A stretch of DNA of 41,940 bases from Macrostomum lignano (Eukaryota): contig NIVC01004561.1 of the NCBI GenBank assembly GCA_002269645.1, forward strand, positions 1 through 41,940, given 5' to 3'. The notes beneath the pieces were generated by a model. The model was given only the letters and a program-made list of their open reading frames with translations. It had not been told where the DNA came from and ran no database searches. The position numbers and the translations under genes are program-made. Position 1 is the stretch's first letter, and every line of letters begins with the position of its first letter. Positions 22,615 through 34,216 of the stretch are shown here, in pieces.

Positions 22615-22932
22615 TTGTAGTTAAAGGAACTTTTCTACACTTTAAAAATAGCAATTCAAAAACTTGACTATTAAAAATTGACATATATTTATTTACATAT
22701 ATTAGAGCCATATATATATTGCTATTGCCACATGTGGCTATAATTTTAATGCAATCAAACTAGAGTAGGTGCAAGGTAGATAAATAAAAAACTATATTTC
22801 TGACAATTTAACAATAACAAATCATTTTACAGCTTTTTCTCTAATCTACTTTATTTTATGCAAGTTTAATTTGTACAAGTAAGCAATTATATTTGCTGCT
22901 TATAATTAAGGAAACTAAAAGCAAAACACAAC

Positions 22933-25881
22933 ATGGGACCTATTTCAAGACAGTCAGTAAGCAGCCGATCCAGTACTAGCAGCATTGTCAAAGGCCGCGC
23001 AGCCAGTGTCAGACAGCAGGCTCTGCAAAATCGAATGCGCCAGAGGCCTTTCGCTGAGAAGCTTGACGCCGTTAGCGCAGCGGCGGCCGCAGCTGCTGCT
23101 ACAGCCGCTGGCTATGGGCGCCAAGGTTCCCCGCTTGTCTTCGATGTAGCCCTAGAGTCGCGGAAGCGCCTGGCCACGCCGCGCGTTGTTGTCGCCGCCA
23201 CTGAGGCAGCCGGGCGTAGAAAGCAGCAGCCGCCAACGCCGTCGTCTTCAACTCTGGCCGAGCCGCTGACTGCGCGCAAGTCCAGCGACCTCAAGCGCAT
23301 CCGCAATCCGGAGCTGCGCGCCCTGGCGCTGGTCAATTCGCCAATGATCGATTCTCGGCGACAGCAGCAGCGGCGCTCCACCCTGTCTGGCCGGTCGCCT
23401 GCACCGGCGCCTCAGCAGCGGCAAATCGAATCGGCTGCTGCTGCCGGGGCCGACTTGGCCGAAGTGAAGGCGGCTATTGAGACCGGGGACGAATGCGAAC
23501 GGGTGACTCGGGCCTACCTAATGATGCTGCACCAGCAGTGGGAGTACTTTAGGTGAGTACGCTTTTCTCTATGCTTCAAGAAGTTTCCGGACTGTGTTCA
23601 CTGTGGACAGCAGGATTTTTTAAATAAGTTAAACTTTTACCTGAGAAAGCTGTACCCAAGAAATGTACCCATTTTGAAGTTTGCAGTTTTTTATGCAGGT
23701 AAAACGGCATATTGGTGTCAAAAAGCGTCCTCGGTATGTCTTGAAACGGCATTTAAATTAGCTAATAAGGGAATAAATTATTGAACCACCATAGAGTCCA
23801 TAGATAAAAACCATAGACCCTCTGCAAACTTCAAAATCGTGTTAGAAATTTCTTGGGTACAGTTTTGAAATGCTCATAACTTTTGGCGGGCACGTGGTAT
23901 CGCTGTGAAATTTATGCTTTAATAAAACAGACGTGAAAAAGAATATCAAGAAGGTATGAAAGTAAGGTTGGAGGCTGTTGCTAAATTAAATGCAAAAAGT
24001 TGTGTTTATAGTAATAAACTTCTTGCAATGCTTTTCAGACAGCTGATTGGCGATTGGCGCGAAGTTCTTTCAACGGAAGCTGCCTCAATACCGGAAGCTG
24101 GTCAAGGCAGCATTCGCACCGCCATTGGTATGGCGGAACTGCTCTGCAAAAAGAAGTTTCCATTCTTTGAAGGCATGCTAAAAAAGTGCGTTAACGCTCC
24201 ACCGAACGATGCAGAGAATACGGAGCCAGACGCTACGCTGCCAATCCTTCCTGGCGATGTGACTGGCTACTGGACTTTGGTTGAGCGGGAAATTGACAAC
24301 GTCAAGGCTGAATTTGCCAGCCTGGAGGCCGATCGCAGCGCCGGATGGCCAGCCAAAGCACCTGTGAAGCCGGCTCCGGCAAAGACTGCGCCGCGTAAGC
24401 AGCCACGACAGCCACCTCGGACAAAGACTGCTGGGGCAGCCAAGGCAAAGTCGCGATTTGCCGAATTCCGCAAAAAACACCTGCTGACAATGTCTACTAC
24501 AGGCGTTGGTGCTATCTCATCACCGATGGTTAGTTTTGCTACGACTTCAAGGTCAGGCTCCGTCTCCGCACGCAAGTCCTTCGCGGCTAAGACACCCGGA
24601 ACCAGAACACCTTCCCAGAGAGTTTCTTCGGCACGAACTCCTGCAACAAAGACACTTGTGCAAAATTTTCACGGTCGTTGCACTCCTGAAATTAAAAATT
24701 CGGAAAGAAGGACGTCTAGAAGAGTGACAGCTGGAGCGAAGACTCCTGGCAAAGAGTCGGGAGGAACGAAGACTCCAGGCAAGGAGTCAGGAGGAGCGAA
24801 GACTCCAGGCAAGGAGTCAGGAGGAGCGAAGACTCCAGGCAAGGAGTCAGGAGGAGCGAAGACTCCAGGCAAGGAGTCAGGAGGAGCGAAGACTCCAGGC
24901 AAGGAGTCAGGAGGAGCGAAGACTCCAGGCAAGGAGTCAGGAGGAGCGAAGACTCCAGGCAAGGAGTCAGGAGGAGCGAAGACTCCAGGCAAGGAGTCAG
25001 GAGGAGCGAAGACTTCAGGCAAGGAGTCAGGAGGAGCGAAGACTCCAGGCAAGGAGTCAGGAGGAGCGAAGACTCCAGGCAAGGAGTCAGGAGGAGCGAA
25101 GACTCCAGGCAAGGAGTCAGGAGGAGCGAAGACTCCAGGCAAGGAGTCAGGAGGAGCGAAGACTCCAGGCAAGGAGTCAGGAGGAGCGAAGACTCCAGGC
25201 AAGGAGTCAGGAGGAGCGAAGACTCCAGGCAAGGAGTCAGGAGGAGCGAAGACTTCAGGCAAGGAGTCAGGAGGAGCGAAGACTCCAGGCAAGGAGTCAG
25301 GAGGAGCGAAGACTCCAGGCAAAGAGTCAGCGGGAGCGAAGACTCCAGGCAAGGAGTCAGGAGGAGCGAAGACTCCAGGCAAGGAGTCAGGAGGAGCGAA
25401 GACTCCAGGCAAGGAGTCAGGAGGAGCGAAGACTCCAGGCAAAGAGTCAGCGGGAGCGAAGACTCCAGGCAAGGAGTCAGGAGGAGCGAAGACTTCAGGC
25501 AAGGAGTCAGGAGGAGCGAAGACTCCAGGCAAGGAGTCAGGAGGAGCAAAGACTCCAGTCGAAGTCTCAGACTCGCAGTCCTCAGTAAAGGCTAGAATTG
25601 AGACATTTGAAGCGAGGATTTCCGCCACAAAGCGGGCCACCTCATCAGCCAAAGACGCGCCTGAGAAGTCGCCAGCTACCGCAGCTAAAAGGCGGCGCTC
25701 AACTAGCAAGTCGGTGTCCTTTAACGCCGTCTGTTTGCAATCTGCCGACGCCAGCCTCGGGGATCGAGTTGACCGGCAGCTGACGCCGTATCCGACCCGG
25801 CAGTCCGCCCGCCGGCGCCAGGCTAACTTGGGCTCTGATCAGCCCCTGGTTGCTACCATGGAAGCGCTGGAAGATGATTAA
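22933..25881 (+). CDS. DLGAP5: GKAP/SAPAP-domain protein, DLGAP5/HURP/Mars-like mitotic microtubule-associated protein, 820 aa, with a C-terminal GAKTPGKESG repeat array
   Basis: join(22933..23552,24039..25881) = 2463 nt, phase-2 GT-AG intron. The GKAP domain spans the junction: EYFRQLIGDW...SIRTAIGMAELLCKKKFPFFEGML...GDVTGYWTLVEREIDNVKAEFASLEADRSAGW. The basic, TP/SP-rich disordered flanks and the lack of a C-terminal QTRL PDZ ligand favour DLGAP5 over synaptic SAPAPs (inference). Confidence 0.82.
23650..23862. mobile_element. MITE-like remnant in the DLGAP5-like intron
   Basis: CTGTACCCAAGAAAT...ATTTTGAAGTTTGCAG (23650-23686) is mirrored by CTGCAAACTTCAAAAT...ATTTCTTGGGTACAG (23822-23862). 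No clear TSD. Confidence 0.65.
24733..25557 (+). repeat. Coding 30-bp minisatellite, 28 units encoding GAKTPGKESG
   Basis: Unit GGAGCGAAGACTCCAGGCAAGGAGTCAGGA. Three units read KTSGK, two have ESA and the last reads KTPV. Confidence 0.97.
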
Positions 25882-26226
25882 GTTGCTGAGTTATAAAAGT
25901 GGAGGCCAATCGCTGCTAATTATAATAAACATTAAGGTCTTTTGACCCTTATTAATTAGGTAATAGCAAGTTTATTATGTATTGCGTAGCGTCATGTGTC
26001 ACAGTTGTACTTTAATTTTCATCCAAGACGAAACGCGGTTAGTGCGCGAATGATGAAGCAAAAGGAAGCAAAGCATAAGTTTGAACGTATTCTATATATT
26101 AGCAGGTATGCTAAAATCTTTAGAGTTCTACACCTGCTTTTCCTTAGATGAATTCCAGTTTCATTTTCTATGCTACGTCCAAACATTCAAAATTCGCATT
26201 TGACGATTTTGGAACAATTCATACAT

Positions 26227-26382
26227 GCGCAACCTTGGGAATCCCTCGGCCGTTTCTATTGGCAATACATACATGTAAGTCGCTATTGGACGGAATAGTA
26301 CTCACGTGACTGCTCTCCGCCAATAGCGACTTACATGTGTGTGTTGCCAATAGAAACGGCCGGGTGAATCCCTAGGTTGCGC
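26227..26382. repeat. 156-bp hairpin/palindromic MITE-like element
   Basis: gcgcaaccttgggaatccctcggccgtttctattggcaatacatacatgtaagtcgctattgg pairs with ccaatagcgacttacatgtgtgtgttgccaatagaaacggccgggtgaatccctaggttgcgc. The ~20-nt loop contains TCACGTGA. Confidence 0.85.
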
Positions 26383-27285
26383 CCAAGCATGGGAACATTT
26401 TAATGCCTTCTTTTCAACTGAAATCTTTCCACCTAGGAAAGCTCATTTCAATGCGTCCTAAATACAGGCCCTGCTAGTGAATAAAGTAAATTTGGTGTGA
26501 TTTATAGTTTCTGGATGCTAAACAATTTTTTTTAAACCTGTTTAATACATTTTTGTGAGCTTATAGTATGCAAGACTTTTTATCTTCTGCTAGTAACTCT
26601 GCTCACATAAATGAAATTTATTATATTCAGCTTTATCGGTGCGTCCATAGCATTCTGCGTTTTATTTTTTCCAACTCAATCAACAATATTGACTCAGCCA
26701 TGCTTTTCATAATATTTTCTTATTCGTTTCTCGCTACTCTCTGCCAGTAGTAGCAGTAGTAGCGTACGCCAATTTGGATTTGCGCATTTTTTCAAAACCC
26801 GCATTTTGCTTCAATTTAAACCTCTAGGCATTTCAGTTGTAAAATTATTTTCATGTTCCACTAAATGTCATCGCAATTAAATCTGCAAGGTTATTAATAC
26901 ATGACGCTAATAAATATCTAGTAGTATATTCATGCATCCAATCAAAGTTATTTTTTGTCAAGAATTTTAATATCCGCTGTCAAATTTAATTAATAATATT
27001 AATATTTTGTTTGCCAAAAATTAGTCAGACAAGCAGCTTTTATTTTAATGCTGCGCTGCTTTTCCAATGTTTTGTTATTGAATGTCTTTTTTGAATTCGC
27101 GGTTTTCCATTTAGTCTATTGTAGTTAAGTTTAAGATTGTTTCTATTATTAATCCTACGCAGATTCAGAATAAGTTAAGACGCTACTATTGCCTTGAAAC
27201 CTCTGCAGTTGCATTATAATATCCACACTGATCTGCATTGATTGCATGGTAAGCTGTTACTTGAACAGTTCAATAACTCGAAAAT

Positions 27286-28430
27286 ATGGATGTCACAAAC
27301 CTAGGCAAGCCGTTGCTGGGGACCGCAGCCGCTATCTCAGCTGGTACTGAAGGCGACAGTCATCTCAGCATCGCTGCCAAGGCCCTCACTACTTTGAGCT
27401 TGTTGCTCATCTTTCTGCCAATAACTTTGTATTTCTTTGCTAAGTCGCTTGTGTTTGAAGGTGAGTTGTGTCATTGTCATTGTCAAATATATCAGTCAGA
27501 CTAGTGTCAGATCTATCAATGTCAGATTGTCAGATCTATCAATGTCAGAGTGTCAGATCTATCAATGTCAGACTAGTGTCAGATCTATCAATGTCAGAGA
27601 GTGTCAGATCTATCAATGTCAGAGAGTGTCAGATCTATCAATGTCAGAGAGTGTCAGATCTATCAATGTCAGAGTGTCAGATCTATCAATGTCAGACTAG
27701 TGTCAGATCTATCAATGTCAGAGTGTCAGATCTATCAATTTCAGAGAGTGTCAGATCTATCTATGTCAGAGAGTGTCAGATCTATCAATGTCAGAGAGTG
27801 TCAGATCTATCAATGTCAGAGAGTGTCAGATCTATCAATGTCAGACTAGTGTCAGATCTATCAATGTCAGAGAGTGTCAGATCTATCAATGTCAGAGAGT
27901 GTCAGATCTATCAATGTCAGAGAGTGTCAGATCTATCAATGTCAGAGAGTGTCAGATCTATCAATGTCAGACTAGTGTCAGATCTATCAATGTCAGACTA
28001 GTGTCAGATCTATCAATGTCAGAGAGTGTCAGATCTATCAATGTCAGATTGTCAGATCTATCAATGTCAGAGTGTCAGATCTATCAATGTCAGACTAGTG
28101 TCAGATCTATCAATGTCAGAGAGTGTCAGATCTATCAATGTCAGAGAGTGTCAGATCTATCAATGTCAGAGAGTGTCAGATCTATCAGTGTCAGAGAGTG
28201 TCAGATCTATCAATGTCAGAGAGTGTCAGATCTATTAATGTCAGTGTCAGAATAGCATAAAGAATGGCAATGGTTGCATCCCAGGCCTGTTCCTGCTGTC
28301 ATCGCGGCAGAGCTATATTTACTCGGCCATCCTGGCGGTGGTCACTGTCCATGTACTGCTGGCAGGCTTCCTGCTGTTCGCATTCTACGAAGGCGGCCGG
28401 ACTGTTTACGTGTCCTACAAGAGGGACTAA
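27286..28430 (+). CDS. VMA21: Vacuolar ATPase assembly integral membrane protein VMA21, 106 aa
   Basis: join(27286..27460,28285..28430) = 321 nt; donor GAAG|GTGAGT, acceptor CCCAG|GC, phase 1. Protein MDVTNL...ALTTLSLLLIFLPITLYFFAKSLVFEG|LFLLSSRQSYIYSAILAVVTVHVLLAGFLLFAFYEGGRTVYVSYKRD has two TM helices, resembles recalled human VMA21 (VPIGLYFTTKSYIFEG...YAAIVAVVAVHVVLALF) and ends in a dibasic C-terminus. Confidence 0.93.
27483..28250. repeat. Modular satellite filling the VMA21 intron: GTCAGATCTATCAAT plus a variable module (GTCAGAGAGT / GTCAGACTAGT / GTCAGAGT / GTCAGATT), ~30 units of 23-26 bp
   Basis: Direct reading. It explains the repetitive ORFs 27437-28255. Confidence 0.95.
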
Positions 28431-30918
28431 AAAAACTATAAAACTATGCTTTATATTCAGAATTTAAAGCAAGCGTTTTTCAACTTCATGCAGCTGTTTT
28501 GTTATAGCAGTGAATTATGCCGTTAAACCGTCCTTTGCTGCTTTATTGCGGCTGTTTTACTTTTTTGTTTCTTTTTTAATTCGGTTTTCTTGCTGAATAT
28601 TTTTTAAGTTAATAATTGACTACCCTGGTCGTTAGTAAAATAGTTTTTGTCTGGATTGCTAGCCTGGTAAGGAAGTTATTTTAGTTCAGTTTATTAAACA
28701 CTTACTCCGTATGCAAGCGTTTGAGATCGATTTTCAGTGAGCATTCTACAAAAGCGATTGCCGAACAAATAAAAGTGCATCGCGTGTAGTGTAGTGTGGC
28801 CTTTTGCATAATTGGAAATGCGACATTGGCCTTAATTCACTCACCGTACGTGACTGGCACTTCAAATCAAAGCTTCTATTCTCTTTATTGCTTTCAGTTC
28901 ACGTGAGTGAGCGCGCGCGGTTTTGCCTCTTATCTTTTTAGCATCCTAACAAAGCCTAGCTAGCATAAATCTGAGCTGAGCGGGACAGCCGTAAGGGCAT
29001 GCAATCTTGATGAGTGCCTTTTTCAAGCACAAACTGTTCAGGGAAAGGGGATTTTTTGGGTGACATCTCCTGTCTTCTTTGAAGTGGATTTTCGTCTTAT
29101 GAGCCGCACACCTTTTAAGTCCTCTTTCGTGCATTCATTGCGTCTCAAAAGCAAGAAATTATTTGGCTTTACTAGTGCTCGCGAATTAAAGGCTTGTGGG
29201 CTTGTTCACACAGTCATCAATCGGGTCATAGAGGCACATAACTGGTTTGCAAGACACAATCTGTTCAACTCACTTGACCTTATAGTATTATAGAGCTACT
29301 AAGCCTAAAGTTTTGTTGAGTACAGTTTGCTATCTTTTCCGTTGTTTTTTTTGACAAAACACGTGTAGGTTTCTGCGAAAACTGATACTTCTGACGCTTC
29401 GAACATCCTGGATAACGGGGACGGCAGTAATATTGTTGGTAAAATTTTTAGCACGATGGACGACCGCTTTGAATATATAGTAAAGCGCTTAATTCCTTTT
29501 AATCACTATTGATGTAGCTAGTGGCACTACTTACAGTAGACTCAGTAAGGTTTCTATCGGTTTAAGCTACTTGTTCACAGTGCAATTGTTCCTAAGTAGC
29601 GATCGCTCATTGGCTCAAGCCACCCTTAGAGAGATGCGGTTCCTCCTGTGATTGAAGCTGGCTACACATTAGCCATAGCTTAAACAGGCATGCAGTCCTC
29701 TGGCTATTGGCCCGCAATTCAGCCGGGACAGCTGTAACTGGCTCAGCTGTCTGGACTGGCAGAGTTCTTCCAAACCCTTCTTAAAAACCGAACTGATTCT
29801 GTCTTAGCCAGGAGACCGTCTACTGAAGGTGCGATTTATGGTCAGCGGCGGCTTTTGACGTTTTGATGCGTTTTCCTGATTCCCTTGTCAATCGGCTTGA
29901 AAAGCAATCCGTGTATAAGGCGGAGAGAGGCGCGCGTAAAGGAGGAGCATGCGACAATTGCTGCGCTGCTGACTAACGCAAGAACTCGCTGATTGCTAAG
30001 GAAAGATACCTGGCCATTCTGGAGCTTTCTTTTCGAGGCTCGCATTGTAAGTTTTCAGCCTGTGCTATAATAAATTTTTATTAAAGTAGTTTATTCCAAA
30101 TGCGGCACTAATGTCAATAAAAATCTATGAATTTTTGTGTAACTGCTTAAAGAACTGCCGAAGTAATTTATTCAGAATGTAATTTACTTTATTTTGTGGG
30201 ACCCGTGAATCAATTTCTGTCTATTCTTGAGAAGCTAATTATGCATGATTCTGATCGTTTTTTACACAAAAGCTGATGCTCTTCAACTGCCATTAAAATC
30301 AAAGCCAACGGGACAATGATCGAAAAATAGTGGAGAATGAGCTAGTTAGGAAGCCAGCGAGGCGGAACGGGTAGAGACAGGACAGACAGAATGCGCGAGT
30401 TCAGAGCGGAGGTCCTCAACTGGCCGCTGCATCCTGCTAAATCCCTGGGGAGAATTCCCGATGGACTCCCGCCCCAGGGTTACTCAGTGAGTTCGTGATG
30501 TTTCAAAATCCCAGCTGTGGATCCGCTGTGAGAAGTGTAATTTTTGCTGCTGAGCTGGCGGATTCCTGTCGGCTGGCGCCAGCCTGTTGCGTAATCGCCA
30601 GCAACTGGGTTGATCTGCCCAAGTGGCGTCTATAGCTATCGCGATTTGCATCGCAATTGCTCTTTCATCTTTCACTTGCAGAGAGAGAAGTATCACGTTT
30701 GCTTTCCCAGTGGCACCCATTCGAAATGTTGATCATCATTTTTTGAGATGGGAGCGCTGATGCGTGCATGCTGATCACTGGTGCTGGGCATGGATTCTGA
30801 CTATGCAAAGCAGTGTGATTGCGCTGGAAATTTCTTCTTAATTTCCATTAAGAAAAGCTTATTTCTTACTTGTACTTTTACCAATGTTTTTAGTGGCATC
30901 AACCAAAGTGCATAGACT

Positions 30919-31159
30919 CAAGGGCGTCGCCATAAATTTTAAGGTGGATGGTACAAAGTCGATCGAGAATTCTACATGACTAGATTTCGGCATTATTGTT
31001 TCTAGCACTCAGTTTAGCGTCTCAAGAACTCGTTTTGCCGCCGAAGGCGCTATATTTTAGCGCCCTAAAGCAAAATTATTTATTTCTATAACGGGTCACA
31101 AGGTGGGGCGGGGGCAGGGGGACAAAGCATTACCTTGTCCCCTGGCGGCAACGCCCCTG
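30919..31159. mobile_element. 241-bp hAT-like MITE remnant
   Basis: Ends CAAGGGCGTCGCCA...TGGCGGCAACGCCCCTG. Flanks CATAGACT and CAAGGACT (6/8) resemble a decayed 8-bp TSD. Confidence 0.6.
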
Positions 31160-33826
31160 CAAGGACTATACTACCTTTAGGCGGTAGTTTAGGCCTAAAG
31201 GTTGTTGTTCCCCCGTGTGGCTTGGTACTTTTACTTACGAAAAGACCCCGTAACAATTCTTTGTGTGTCGATCCGATCTATTTAGCAAGTGTTCGAAATG
31301 TCTATGGTTCAAAGCTGCATGGCAATGATCGTCAAATCGCTAAACAATGGGTTTTCATCTAAACAAGTAACGAATGCAAAAGCTTAACCACAAACTATGA
31401 AGGGCTGGTAGCTGAAATTCTCACTTCCTATTTTCCTGTTAGTTTCATCGGTCGCCTTGTCTGTATTTATCAAGTGTAATTAATGACCTAAAGGAGGGCA
31501 GGGGTGTGAAATGGTATCTGTATTCTACTTTGAATATAGTTTCATACAATGGCCCGAACAAATTCAACCATAGACAGCAGGTGCGATAAGGACGTCTTAA
31601 GATTTTCGTGATTTCTCAGCAATTCAGTTATCTGCCTTACTGCACTAATGTTTTGCGACCTCAGCTTATTAAGAAATCATTGGCATGATTAGCTGTAAGA
31701 TTAGGGCCACTCGATGACAGCTTCAGCACCTCCATGATTTCCCAGGCAGTCGCGTACAGATGAGAAATTGCTGTTATAAAAACAGATTTCAGCCCTCAGC
31801 ATGGAGCAGCTCAGCTGGCTAAGAAAACCCACCACCCGGTCGAAGCTGCGCGCATCACGCGACCGCGGCTTCGGGCGGAGCTATCGATCATGCGGTACCG
31901 GGGTGGCTGCTCCTCCCCTTCTGCTGCAGTTCGGGGAGGGCAGCCATTTCACACCCCCTGCCCTCCTTCAAGTCATTAATCACACTTGCCAATCTCGAAC
32001 TTGTTACTGCAGCAGTTTGTTCTTGCGTGATGAGATACAGAGAGAGAGAGAGTCGAGCGCACCGACTTTGGCGTGTTGTTGGGCAGCACAGCGACTTCAG
32101 TTGGTTTGGTTTAATCGATTCCTATCTGCAGTTGCGAATATCCCGGAGCCCGCGTGATTGGCGATAGCGGAATGCATACAGTTTTTTTTGTTGGTGCGTC
32201 CATGGTGATTAAAATGTATACAGGCTAAATATAGGAATGCATAGCAGAGCCGGTCTTTGCCGAATAACTCCATGGATCTTATTAATTCTACAGCTTCTGC
32301 ATGGTAAGAAGCCGCCCCGATTAATAAATATTGTAGTAAATAGATTCAGCCAAAACTGAATTCCCCTGCTTACTGCATTGCTACTAGCTGTTCGGCCCAT
32401 ATTCAGATTTCAAACAATCCAATTGACTTCTATTGGCCCGGGTACCCGGCTATAAGCCCACTGCGCCAACGGACACCGCGGGGTGAAGGCAGGACAGAGC
32501 CAATATGCGCTCTTTATCCCAGCTGCATCAGTTGGGATAAGCAGATTTCGCATTCTAGCTGGCCTTACAGCTGATTGAGGGATCAGTGCGCCTGCGCAGC
32601 TGCGTGCGCCTCTCCTCCCGCAGTTGCTCTGTTTTTTTCCGTCTTGCGGCCAGAAAGCAGCTTGCGGAATGCCCCTCACATCCTCTGTTGCGTGCGAATC
32701 CTTCGCCTTCCCAGCCATGGCCTCTCATCCATGGCGGGGCGCCACTGCCTTTCTGCTGTCACGCGTCAGGGCTGAAGAATCGCGCTAGCTTGAAGGCCTA
32801 TCTAAAAGTCTAATGACGCTTATGAATGATCTTGGTACAGACATCAGCTGTCCTGCAGGATCGTACATGCAGTACCAATTCGAATGTTTTTGCTCAAATC
32901 GCACCTATGAGTTATACTTTTGGTTCTGATGGCCAAAAGCCTCCGGAGAAAAGTTTTCTTTCTAAAAGCGGTAGATCCAACGAACTGCAAAAATTCACTT
33001 CATATGGAGAGTTTTGTTCATTTTTAAACTTTTCCAAGATGCAAGATTTTCACGCTTGAAGATAGCGATTTTCTGTGCCGCCAGACAAAGAAAAACAAGA
33101 GCAAATCTTCCGAACTGAGGGAACGCTGAAAGACGGATTGGCTTTTTGGGGGTGGTGGGGCGTCATTTTCCATCCTGAAGACTTTTAAATTCAATTCTTT
33201 GCTGTTTGGGCTCTGTCCAGATGAGGGGATAGATCAGGCCAGGGAGAGACGCCAGTTTCACACCAGCAGCCGGCGATGAATCTTCAATCCTTTGTGGATC
33301 CTCAAATGAACTTCACGGCAGCTTGGCATCCCGAAGTGACAATCCGTTTTCTTAGGCAGGTCAAGGAATTCAAGGTGCAAAAAGGGAAGAAAAAAGCAAC
33401 AAAATTGCCTTCAACTAGTCAAAAAATCTTTCACTCTCGGCTTTATTCACCCTTTTCCCTTCGGCATCCGTGATCAATCTTTCGTGTGTTTTTTGCTATG
33501 TTGCAGTCCAAGCCATGTGCTGCCAAGCCTAGCATTAACTTCCCTCTGAGTCTGTCCCTGTTTCTCCATCATATCTCTCTCCCCATATCCTCTTTCTCAT
33601 TTTCCTTTCTCTCATAGCAGCTCTATATTTGCAAAACTGTACTTATTCATTTCTAACTACGAGTACATACCTACGACGTAGTTAGGAACACTGGTAGCTC
33701 ACCTATAGGCAGTAGATACCTATAAACTCCGTTGTTTTTTGCTTGAAAATAGGCTTTACAAAACTGTTGAAATCCAGTACGTAATGATGGAATTGTTTTT
33801 AGCTATTACCACCATGGTGATCGAAC

Positions 33827-34216
33827 CATGGATGAATGAATAGAATGGATTGCTATTCTGGCTCTGGCTATTTTCGTTTTTGACTCTTTTGCATCCGGTT
33901 CCCCCCCGTGCCTTTTCATTGGTTGATGATTGCCATAGACAATTTTCGGCCTTCGCCCCTTTCTTTCGATGCACAAGCGCAAAGAACTGAGAATGTCAGT
34001 TACTTGCAGAGAATATCGAGCGCTCGTAGGTCTTCCCCCTTTATTTCAAAACACGAGCGAAAGCGCTTGTGCATCGAAAGAAAGGGGCGAAGGCCGAAAA
34101 TTGTCTATGGCAATCATCAACCAATGAAAAGGCACGGGGGGGAACCGGATGCAAAAGAGTCAAAAACGAAAATAGCCAGAGCCAGAATAGCAATCCATTC
34201 TATTCATTCATCCATG
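33827..34216. mobile_element. 390-bp MITE with perfect 154-bp TIRs, 82-bp spacer and 8-bp TSD (P- or hAT-type)
   Basis: 33827-33980 is the exact reverse complement of 34063-34216. Termini CATGGATG...CATCCATG. TSD GATCGAAC at 33819-33826 and 34217-34224. Confidence 0.93.

Noticed and set aside
24669-25709. Minus-strand ORFs of 346 and 277 aa
   Set aside because: Antisense readings of the 30-bp coding array; only the + frame connects to a conserved domain.
27437-28255. Repetitive ORFs (SVRSINVRECQIYQCQ...) and a CRISPR-like reading of constant 15-mer plus variable spacers
   Set aside because: The spacers are four short recurring modules, not unique 30-40-bp sequences; there are no cas genes and the context is a eukaryotic intron.
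29842-30045. 67-aa minus-strand ORF with a hydrophobic stretch
   Set aside because: No family recognised and no consistent splice partners.
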